From Yuukianura sp. NJ FZ-2021 (taxonomy: Eukaryota): a stretch of 64,000 nucleotides of DNA. Shown here one piece after another: positions 30,001 through 42,000 of the stretch; within the stretch, counting starts at the first letter, position 1; each line of letters starts with the position of its first letter. The translations under genes were made by a program, and so were the position numbers. A model generated the notes under the pieces. It worked only from the letters and a program-made list of their open reading frames with translations, had not been told where the DNA came from and ran no database searches. The DNA lies in NCBI GenBank assembly GCA_046563655.1, contig CM102287.1:3348001-3412000 (forward strand), in the 5' to 3' direction.

Positions 30001-33000
30001 GAGCTTTCTGAGAACTGAAAATTGCACTCCGATATTTTGCCTCGGAAAGCCCATCTGAAGGGAACCAAGCTCATTTTTTGTCAAAAAATTCATTTTTTCA
30101 TTGAAAACTCCCCAAAAAGTCATTCTAAGCTTTCTGAGAAGTGAAAATTGCACTCCGATATTTTGCCTCGGAAAGCCCATCTGAAGTGAACCAAGCTCAT
30201 TTTTTGTCAAAAAATTCATTTTTTTCATTGAAAACTCCCCAAAAAGTCATTCTGAGCTTTCTGAGAACTGAAAATTGCACTCCGATATTTTGCCTCGGAA
30301 AGCCCATCTGAAGTGAACCAAGCTCAATTTTTGTCAAAAAATCCATTTTTTCATTGAAAACTCCCCAAAAAGTCATTCTGAGCTTTCTGAGAACTGAAAA
30401 TTGCACTCCGATATTTTGCCTCGGAAAGCCCATCTGAAGTGAACCAAGCTCAATTTTTGTCAAAAAATTCATTTTTTCATTGAAAACTCCCCAAAAAGTC
30501 ATTCTGAGCTTTCTGAGAACTGAAAATTGCACTCCGATATTTTGCCTCGGAAAGCCCATCTGAAGTGAACCAAGCTCAATTTTTGTCAAAAAATTCATTT
30601 TTTCATTCAAAACTCCCCAAAAAGTCATTCTGAGCTTTCTGAGAACTGAAAATTGCACTCCGATATTTTGCCTCGGAAAGCCCATCTGAAGTGAACCAAG
30701 CTCAATTTTTGTCAAAAAATTCATTTGTTTCATTCAAAACTCTCCAAAAAGTCATTCTGAGCTTTCTGAGAACTGAAAATTGCACTCCGATATTTTGCCT
30801 CGGAAAGCCCATCTGAAGTGATTCAAGCTCACTTTTTGTCAAAAAATTCATTTTTTCATTCAAAACTCCCCAAAAAGTCATTCTGAGCTTTCTGAGAACT
30901 GAAAATTGCACTCCGATATTTTGCCTCGGAAAGCCCATCTGAAGTGAACCAAGCTCAATTTTTGTCAAAAAATTCATTTTTTCATTGAAAACTCCCCAAA
31001 AAGTCATTCTGAGCTTTCTGAGAACTGAAAATTGCACTCCGATATTTTGCCTCGGAAAGCCCATCTGAAGTGAACCAAGCTCAATTTTTGTCAAAAAATT
31101 CATTTTTTCATTGAAAACTCCCCAAAAAGTCATTCTGAGCTTTCTGAGAACTGAAAATTGCACTCCGATATTTTGCCTCGGAAAGCCCATCTGAAGTGAA
31201 CCAAGCTCAATTTTTGTCAAAAAATTCAATTGTTTCATTCAAAACTCCCCAAAAAGTCATTCTGAGCTTTCTGAGAAGTGAAAATTGCACTCCGATATTT
31301 TGCCTCGGAAAGCCCATCTGAAGTGAACCAAGCTCAATTTTTGTCAAAAAATTCATTTTTTCATTGAAAACTCCCCAAAAAGTCATTCTGAGCTTTCTGA
31401 GAACTGAAAATTGCACTCCGATATTTTGCCTCGGAAAGCCCATCTGAAGTGAACCAAGCTCAATTTTTGTCAAAAAATTCATTTTTTTCATTCAAAACTC
31501 CCCAAAAAGTCATTCTGAGCTTTCTGAGAACTGAAAATTGCACTCCGATATTTTGCCTCGGAAAGCCCATCTGAAGTGAACCAAGCTCAATTTTTGTCAA
31601 AAAATTCATTTTTTTCATTCAAAACTCCCCAAAAAGTCATTCTGAGCTTTCTGAGAACTGAAAATTGCACTCCGATATTTTGCCTCGGAAAGCCCATCTG
31701 AAGTGAACCAAGCTCAATTTTTGTCAAAAAATTCATTTTTTTCATTGAAAACTCCCCAAAAAGTCATTCTGAGCTTTCTGAGAACTGAAAATTGCACTCC
31801 GATATTTTGCCTCGGAAAGCCCATCTGAAGTGAACCAAGCTCAATTTTTGTCAAAAAATTCATTTTTTCATTGAAAACTCCCCAAAAAGTCATTCTGAGC
31901 TTTCTGAGAACTGAAAATTGCACTCCGATATTTTGCCTCGGAAAGCCCATCTGAAGTGAACCAAGCTCATTTTTTGTCAAAAAATTCATTTTTTTCATTG
32001 AAAACTCCCCAAAAAGTCATTCTGAGCTTTCTGAGAACTGAAAATTGCACTCCGATATTTTGCCTCGGAAAGCCCATCTGAAGTGAACCAAGCTCATTTT
32101 TTGTCAAAAAATTCATTTTTTTCATTGAAAACTCCCCAAAAAGTCATTCTGAGCTTTCTGAGAACTGAAAATTGCACTCCGATATTTTGCCTCGGAAAGC
32201 CCATCTGAAGTGAACCAAGCTCAATTTTTGTCAAAAAATTCATTTTTTCATTGAAAACTCCCCAAAAAGTCATTCTAAGCTTTCTGAGAACTGAAAATTG
32301 CACTCCGATATTTTGCCTCGGAAAGCCCATCTGAAGTGAACCAAGCTCAATTTTTGTCAAAAAATTCATTTTTTTCATTCAAAACTCCCCAAAAAGTCAT
32401 TCTGAGCTTTCTGAGAACTGAAAATTGCACTCCGATATTTTGCCTCGGAAAGCCCATCTGAAGTGAACCAAGCTCAATTTTTGTCAAAAAATTCATTTTT
32501 TTCATTCAAAACTCCCCAAAAAGTCATTCTGAGCAATCTGAGAACTGAAAATTGCACTCCGATATTTTGCCTCGGAAAGCCCATCTGAAGTGAACCAAGC
32601 TCAATTTTTGTCAAAAAATTCTTGTTTTTTCATTCAAAACTCCCCAAAAAGTCATTCTGAGCAATCTGAGAACTGAAAATTGCACTCCGATATTTTGCCT
32701 CGGAAAGCCCATCTGAAGTGAACCAAGCTCAATTTTTGTCAAAAAATTCATTTTTTTCATTCAAAACTCCCCAAAAAGTCATTCTGAGCTTTCTGAGAAC
32801 TGAAAATTGCACTCCGATATTTTGCCTCGGAAAGCCCATCTGAAGTGAACCAAGCTCAATTTTTGTCAAAAAATTCATTTTTTTCATTGAAAACTCCCCA
32901 AAAAGTCATTCTGAGCTTTCTGAGAACTGAAAATTGCACTCCGATATTTTGCCTCGGAAAGCCCATCTGAAGTGAACCAAGCTCAATTTTTGTCAAAAAA

Positions 33001-36000
33001 TTCATTTTTTCATTCAAAACTCCCCAAAAAGTCATTCTGAGCTTTCTGAGAACTGAAAATTGCACTCCGATATTTTGCCTCGGAAAGCCCATCTGAAGTG
33101 AACCAAGCTCAATTTTTGTCAAAAAATTCATTTTTTCATTCAAAACTCCCCAAAAAGTCATTCTGAGCTTTCTGAGAACTGAAAATTGCACTCCGATATT
33201 TTGCCTCGGAAAGCCCATCTGAAGTGAACCAAGCTCAATTTTTGTCAAAAAATTCATTTTTTTCATTCAAAACTCCCCAAAAAGTCATTCTGAGCTTTCT
33301 GAGAACTGAAAATTGCACTCCGATATTTTGCCTCGGAAAGCCCATCTGAAGTGAACCAAGCTCAATTTTTGTCAAAAAATCTTTTTTTTTCATTGAAAAC
33401 TCCCCAAGAAGTCATTCTGAGCTTTCTGAGAACTGAAAATTGCACTCCGATATTTTGCCTCGGAAAGCCCATCTGAAGTGAACCAAGCTCAATTTTTGTC
33501 AAAAAATTCATTTTTTTCATTGAAAACTCCCCAAAAAGTCATTCTGAGCTTTCTGAGAACTGAAAATTGCACTCCGATATTTTGCCTCGGAAAGCCCATC
33601 TGAAGTGAACCAAGCTCAATTTTTGTCAAAAAATTCATTTTTTCATTCAAAACTCCCCAAAAAGTCATTCTGAGCTTTCTGAGAACTGAAAATTGCACTC
33701 CGATATTTTGCCTCGGAAAGCCCATCTGAAGTGAACCAAGCTCAATTTTTGTCAAAAAATTCATTTGTTTCATTAAAAACTCCCCTAAAAGTCATTCTGA
33801 GCTTTCTGAGAACTGAAAATTGCACTCCGATATTTTGCCTCGGAAAGCCCATCTGAAGTGATTCAAGCTCAATTTTTGTCAAAAAATTCAATTTTTTCAT
33901 TCAGAACTCCCCAAAAAGTCATTCTGAGCTTTCTGAGAACTGAAAATTGCACTCCGATATTTTGCCTCGGAAAGCCCATCTGAAGTGAACCAAGCTCAAT
34001 TTTTGTCAAAAAATTCATTTTTTTTCATTGAAAACTCCCCAAAAAGTCATTCTGAGCTTTCTGAGAACTGAAAATTGCACTCCGATATTTTGCCTCGGAA
34101 AGCCCATCTGAAGTGAACCAAGCTCAATTTTTGTCAAAAAATTCATTTTTTCATTCAAAACTCCCCAAAAAGTCATTCTGAGCTTTCTGAGAACTGAAAA
34201 TTGCACTCCGATATTTTGCCTCGGAAAGCCCATCTGAAGTGAACCAAGCTCAATTTTTGTCAAAAAATTCATTTTTTTCATTCAAAACTCCCCAAAAAGT
34301 CATTCTGAGCTTTCTGAGAACTGAAAATTGCACTCCGATATTTTGCCTCGGAAAGCCCATCTGAAGTGAACCAAGCTCAATTTTTGTCAAAAAATCTTTT
34401 TTTTTCATTGAAAACTCCCCAAAAAGTCATTCTGAGCTTTCTGAGAACTGAAAATTGCACTCCGATATTTTGCCTCGGAAAGCCCATCTGAAGTGAACCA
34501 AGCTCAATTTTTGTCAAAAAATTCATTTTTTTCATTCAAAACTCCCCAAAAAGTCATTCTGAGCTTTCTGAGAACTGAAAATTGCACTCCGATATTTTGA
34601 TTCGGAAAGCCCATCTGAAGTGAACCAAGCTCAATTTTTGTCAAAAAATTCATTTTTTCATTCAAAACTACCCTAAAAGTCATTCTGAGCTTTCTGAGAA
34701 CTGAAAATTGCACTCCGATATTTTGCCTCGGAAAGCCCATCTGAAGTGAACCAAGCTCAATTTTTGTCAAAAAAATTCATTTTTTCATTCAAAACTCCCC
34801 AAAAAGTCATTCTGAGCTTTCTGAGAACTGAAAATTGCACTCCGATATTTTGCCTCGGAAAGCCCATCTGAAGTGAACCAAGCTCAATTTTTGTCAAAAA
34901 ATTCATTTTTTTCATTCAAAACTCCCCAAAAAGTCATTCTGAGCTTTCTGAGAACTGAAAATTGCACTCCGATATTTTGCCTCGGAAAGCCCATCTGAAG
35001 TGAACCAAGCTCAATTTTTGTCAAAAAATTCATTTTTTTCATTCAAAACTCCCCAAAAAGTCATTCTGAGCTTTCTGAGAACTGAAAATTGCACTCCGAT
35101 ATTTTGCCTCGGAAAGCCCATCTGAAGTGAACCAAGCTCAATTTTTGTCAAAAAATTCATTTTTTTCATTAAAAACTCCCCAAAAAGTCATTCTGAGCTT
35201 TCTGAGAACTGAAAATTGCACTCCGATATTTTGCCTCGGAAAGCCCATCTGAAGTGAACCAAGCTCAATTTTTGTCAAAAAATTCAATTTTTTCATTCAA
35301 AACTCCCCAAAAAGTCATTCTGAGCTTTCTGAGAACTGAAAATTGCACTCCGATATTTTGCCTCGGAAAGCCCATCTGAAGTGAACCAAGCTCAATTTTT
35401 GTCAAAAAATTCTTGTTTTTTCATTCAAAACTCCCCAAAAAGTCATTCTGAGCAATCTGAGAACTGAAAATTGCACTCCGATATTTTGCCTCGGAAAGCC
35501 CATCTGAAGTGAACCAAGCTCAATTTTTGTCAAAAAATTTTTTTTTTTCATTGAAAACTCCCCAAAAAGTCATTCTGAGCTTCCTGAGAACTGAAAATTG
35601 CACTCCGATATTTTGCCTCGGAAAGCCCATCTGAAGTGAACCAAGCTCAATTTTTGTCAAAAAATTCATTTTTTTCATTCAAAACTCCCCAAAAAGTCAT
35701 TCTGAGCTTTCTGAGAACTGAAAATTGCACTCCGATATTTTGCCTCGGAAAGCCCATCTGAAGTGAACCAAGCTCAATTTTTGTCAAAAAATTCATTTGT
35801 TTCATTAAAAACTCCCCTAAAAGTCATTCTGAGCTTTCTGAGAACTGAAAATTGCACTCCGATATTTTGCCTCGGAAAGCCCATCTGAAGTGATTCAAGC
35901 TCAATTTTTGTCAAAAAATTCAATTTTTTCATTCAGAACTCCCCAAAAAGTCATTCTGAGCTTTCTGAGAACTGAAAATTGCACTCCGATATTTTGCCTC

Positions 36001-39000
36001 GGAAAGCCCATCTGAAGTGAACCAAGCTCAATTTTTGTCAAAAAATTCATTTGTTTCATTAAAAACTCCCCAAAAAGTCATTCTGAGCTTTCTGAGAACT
36101 GAAAATTGCACTCCGATATTTTGCCTCGGAAAGCCCATCTGAAGTGAACCAAGCTCAATTTTTGTCAAAAAATCTTTTTTTTTCATTGAAAACTCCCCAA
36201 AAAGTCATTCTGAGCTTTCTGAGAACTGAAAATTGCACTCCGATATTTTGCCTCGGAAAGCCCATCTGAAGTGAACCAAGCTCAATTTTTGTCAAAAAAT
36301 CTTTTTTTTTCATTGAAAACTCCCCAAAAAGTCATTCTGAGCTTTCTGAGAACTGAAAATTGCACTCCGATATTTTGCCTCGGAAAGCCCATCTGAAGTG
36401 AACCAAGCTCAATTTTTGTCAAAAAATTCATTTTTTTCATTCAAAACTCCCCAAAAAGTCATTCTGAGCTTTCTGAGAACTGAAAATTGCACTCCGATAT
36501 TTTGCCTCGGAAAGCCCATCTGAAGTGAACCAAGCTCAATTTTTGTCAAAAAATTCATTTTTTTCATTCAAAACTCCCCAAAAAGTCATTCTGAGCTTTC
36601 TGAGAACTGAAAATTGCACTCCGATATTTTGCCTCGGAAAGCCCATCTGAAGTGAACCAAGCTCAATTTTTGTCAAAAAATCAATTTTTTTCATTGAAAA
36701 CTCCCCAAAAAGTCATTCTGAGCTTTCTGAGAACTGAAAATTGCACTCCGATATTTTGCCTCGGAAAGCCCATCTGAAGTGAACCAAGCTCAATTTTTGT
36801 CAAAAAATTCATTTTTTTCATTCAAAACTCCCCAAAAAGTCATTCTGAGCTTTCTGAGAACTGAAAATTGCACTCCGATATTTTGCCTCGGAAAGCCCAT
36901 CTGAAGTGAACCAAGCTCAATTTTTGTCAAAAAATTCATTTTTTTCATTCAAAACTCCCCAAAAAGTCATTCTGAGCTTTCTGAGAACTGAAAATTGCAC
37001 TCCGATATTTTGCCTCGGAAAGCCCATCTGAAGTGAACCAAGCTCAATTTTTGTCAAAAAATCTTTTTTTTTCATTCAAAACTCCCCAAAAAGTCATTCT
37101 GAGCTTTCTGAGAACTGAAAATTGCACTCCGATATTTTGCCTCGGAAAGCCCATCTGAAGTGAACCAAGCTCAATTTTTGTCAAAAAATTCATTTTTTCA
37201 TTCAAAACTCCCCAAAAAGTCATTCTGAGCTTTCTGAGAACTGAAAATTGCACTCCGATATTTTGCCTCGGAAAGCCCATCTGAAGTGAACCAAGCTCAA
37301 TTTTTGTCAAAAAATTCATTTTTTCATTCAAAACTCCCCAAAAAGTCATTCTGAGCTTTCTGAGAACTGAAAATTGCACTCCGATATTTTGCCTCGGAAA
37401 GCCCATCTGAAGTGAACCAAGCTCAATTTTTGTCAAAAAATTCATTTTTTCATTCAAAACTCCCCAAAAAGTCATTCTGAGCTTTCTGAGAACTGAAAAT
37501 TGCACTCCGATATTTTGCCTCGGAAAGCCCATCTGAAGTGAACCAAGCTCAATTTTTGTCAAAAAATTCATTTTTTTCATTCAAAACTCCCCAAAAAGTC
37601 ATTCTGAGCTTTCTGAGAACTGAAAATTGCACTCCGATATTTTGCCTCGGAAAGCCCATCTGAAGTGAACCAAGCTCAATTTTTGTCAAAAAATTCATTT
37701 TTTCATTCAAAACTCCCCAAAAAGTCATTCTGAGCTTTCTGAGAACTGAAAATTGCACTCCGATATTTTGCCTCGGAAAGCCCATCTGAAGTGAACCAAG
37801 CTCAATTTTTGTCAAAAAATTCATTTTTTCATTCAAAACTCCCCAAAAAGTCATTCTGAGCTTTCTGAGAACTGAAAATTGCACTCCGATATTTTGCCTC
37901 GGAAAGCCCATCTGAAGTGAACCAAGCTCAATTTTTGTCAAAAAATTCATTTGTTTCATTGAAAACTCCCCAAAAAGTCATTCTGAGCTTTCTGAGAACT
38001 GAAAATTGCACTCCGATATTTTGTCTCGGAAAGCCCATCTGAAGTGAACCAAGCTCAATTTTTGTCAAAAAAATTCATTTTTTCATTCAAAACTCCCCAA
38101 AAAGTCATTCTGAGCTTTCTGAGAACTGAAAATTGCACTCCGATATTTTGCCTCGGAAAGCCCATCTGAAGTGAACCAAGCTCAATTTTTGTCAAAAAAT
38201 TTTTTTTTTCATTCAAAACTCCCCAAAAAGTCATTCTGAGCTTTCTGAGAACTGAAAATTGCACTCCGATATTTTGCCTCGGAAAGCCCATCTGAAGTGA
38301 ACCAAGCTCAATTTTTGTCAAAAAATTCATTTTTTTCATTCAAAACTCCCCAAAAAGTCATTCTGAGCTTTCTGAGAACTGAAAATTGCACTCCGATATT
38401 TTGCCTCGGAAAGCCCATCTGAAGTGAACCAAGCTCAATTTTTGTCAAAAAATTCATTTTTTTCATTCAAAACTCCCCAAAAAGTCATTCTGAGCAATCT
38501 GAGAACTGAAAATTGCACTCCGATATTTTGCCTCGGAAAGCCCATCTGAAGTGAACCAAGCTCAATTTTTGTCAAAAAATTCTTGTTTTTTCATTCAAAA
38601 CTCCCCAAAAAGTCATTCTGAGCAATCTGAGAACTGAAAATTGCACTCCGATATTTTGCCTCGGAAAGCCCATCTGAAGTGAACCAAGCTCAATTTTTGT
38701 CAAAAAATTCATTTTTTCATTAAAAACTCCCCAAAAAGTCATTCTGAGCTTTCTGAGAACTGAAAATTGCACTCCGATATTTTGCCTCGGAAAGCCCATC
38801 TGAAGTGAACCAAGCTCAATTTTTGTCAAAAAATTCAATTTTTTCATTCAAAACTCCCCAAAAAGTCATTCTGAGCTTTCTGAGAACTGAAAATTGCACT
38901 CCGATATTTTGCCTCGGAAAGCCCATCTGAAGTGAACCAAGCTCAATTTTTGTCAAAAAATCTTTTTTTTTTCATTGAAAACTCCCCAAAAAGTCATTCG

Positions 39001-42000
39001 GAGCTTCCTGAGAACTGAAAATTGCACTCCGATATTTTGCCTCGGAAAGCCCATCTGAAGTGAACCAAGCTCAATTTTTGTCAAAAAATTCAATTTTTTC
39101 ATTCAAAACTCCCCAAAAAGTCATTCTGAGCTTTCTGAGAACTGAAAATTGCACTCCGATATTTTGCCTCGGAAAGCCCATCTGAAGTGAACCAAGCTCA
39201 ATTTTTGTCAAAAAATTCATTTTTTTCATTCAAAACTCCCCAAAAAGTCATTCTGAGCTTTCTGAGAACTGAAAATTGCACTCCGATATTTTGCCTCGGA
39301 AAGCCCATCTGAAGTGAACCAAGCTCAATTTTTGTCAAAAAATTCATTTTTTTCATTCAAAACTCCCCAAAAAGTCATTCTGAGCTTTCTGAGAACTGAA
39401 AATTGCACTCCGATATTTTGCCTCGGAAAGCCCATCTGAAGTGAACCAAGCTCAATTTTTGTCAAAAAATTCATTTTTTTCATTCAAAACTCCCCAAAAA
39501 GTCATTCTGAGCTTTCTGAGAACTGAAAATTGCACTCCGATATTTTGCCTCGGATAGCCCATCTGAAGTGAACCAAGCTCAGTTTTTGTCAAAAGATTCA
39601 TTTGTTTCATTGAAAACTCCCCAAAAAGTCATTCTGAGCTTTCTGAGAACTGAAAATTGCACTCCGATATTTTGCCTCGGAAAGCCCATCTGAAGTGAAC
39701 CAAGCTCAATTTTTGTCAAAAAATTCATTTTTTTCATTCAAAACTCCCCAAAAAGTCATTCTGAGCTTTCTGAGAACTGAAAATTGCACTCCGATATTTT
39801 GCCTCGGAAAGCCCATCTGAAGTGAACCAAGCTCAATTTTTGTCAAAAAATTCAATTGTTTCATTCAAAACTCCCCAAAAAGTCATTCTGAGCTTTCTGA
39901 GAAGTGAAAATTGCACTCCGATATTTTGCCTCGGAAAGCCCATCTGAAGTGAACCAAGCTCAATTTTTGTCAAAAAATTCATTTTTTTCATTCAAAACTC
40001 CCCAAAAAGTCATTCTGAGCTTTCTGAGAACTGAAAATTGCACTCCGATATTTTGCCTCGGAAAGCCCATCTGAAGTGAACCAAGCTCAATTTTTGTCAA
40101 AAAATTCATTTTTTCATTCAAAACTCCCCAAAAAGTCATTCTGAGCTTTCTGAGAACTGAAAATTGCACTCCGATATTTTGTCTCGGAAAGCTCATCTGA
40201 AGTGAACCAAGCTCAATTTTTGTCAAAAAATTCATTTTTTCATTCAAAACTCTTCAAAAAGTCATTCTGAGCTTTCTGAGAACTGAAAATTGCACTCCGA
40301 TATTTTGCCTCGGAAAGCCCATCTGAAGTGATTCAAGCTCAATTTTTGTCAAAAGATCTTTTTTTTTCATTCAAAACTCCCCAAAAAGTCATTCTGAGCT
40401 TTCTGAGAACTGAAAATTGCACTCCGATATTTTGCCTCGGAAAGCCCATCTGAAGTGAACCAAGCTCAATTTTTGTCAAAAAATATTTTTTTTTCATTCA
40501 AAACTCCCCAAAAAGTCATTCTGAGCTTTCTGAGAACTGAAAATTGCACTCCGATATTTTGCCTCGGAAAGCCCATCTGAAGTGAACCAAGCTCAATTTT
40601 TGTCAAAAAATTCATTTTTTTCATTCAAAACTCCCCAAAAAGTCATTCTGAGCTTTCTGAGAACTGAAAATTGCACTCCGATATTTTGCCTCGGAAAGCC
40701 CATCTGAAGTGAACCAAGCTCAATTTTTGTCAAAAAATTCATTTTTTTCATTCAAAACTCCCCAAAAAGTCATTCTGAGCTTTCTGAGAACTGAAAATTG
40801 CACTCCGATATTTTGCCTCGGAAAGCCCATCTGAAGTGAACCAAGCTCAATTTTTGTCAAAAAATTCATTTTTTTCATTCAAAACTCCCCAAAAAGTCAT
40901 TCTGAGCTATCTGAGAACTGAAAATTGCACTCCGATATTTTGCCTCGGAAAGCCCATCTGAAGTGAACCAAGCTCAATTTTTGTCAAAAAATTCATTTTT
41001 TTCATTAAAAACTCCCCAAAAAGTCATTCTGAGCTTTCTGAGAACTGAAAATTGCACTCCGATATTTTGCCTCGGAAAGCCCATCTGAAGTGAACCAAGC
41101 TCAATTTTTGTCAAAAAATTCAATTTTTTCATTCAAAACTCCCCAAAAAGTCATTCTGAGCTTTCTGAGAAGTGAAAATTGCACTCCGATATTTTGCCTC
41201 GGAAAGCCCATCTGAAGTGATTCAAGCTCAATTTTTGTCAAAAGATCTTTTTTTTTTCATTGAAAACTCCCCAAAAAGTCATTCTGAGCTTTCTGAGAAC
41301 TGAAAATTGCACTCCGATATTTTGCCTCGGAAAGCCCATCTGAAGTGAACCAAGCTCAATTTTTGTCAAAAGATCTTTTTTTTTCATTGAAAACTCCCCA
41401 AAAAGTCATTCTGAGCTTTCTGAGAACTGAAAATTGCACTCCGATATTTTGCCTCGGAAAGCCCATCTGAAGTGAACCAAGCTCAATTTTTGTCAAAAAA
41501 TTCATTTTTTTCATTCAAAACTCCCCAAAAAGTCATTCTGAGCTTTCTGAGAACTGAAAATTGCACTCCGATATTTTGCCTCGGAAAGCCCATCTGAAGT
41601 GAACCAAGCTCAATTTTTGTCAAAAAATTCATTTTTTTCATTCAAAACTCCCCAAAAAGTCATTCTGAGCTTTCTGAGAACTGAAAATTGCACTCCGATA
41701 TTTTGCCTCGGAAAGCCCATCTGAAGTGAACCAAGCTCAATTTTTGTCAAAAAATTCATTTGTTTCATTAAAAACTCCCCTAAAAGTCATTCTGAGCTTT
41801 CTGAGAACTGAAAATTGCACTCCGATATTTTGCCTCGGAAAGCCCATCTGAAGTGATTCAAGCTCAATTTTTGTCAAAAGATCTTTTTTTCATTGAAAAC
41901 TCCCCAAAAAGTCATTCTGAGCTTTCTGAGAACTGAAAATTGCACTCCGATATTTTGCCTCGGAAAGCCCATCTGAAGTGAACCAAGCTCAATTTTTGTC

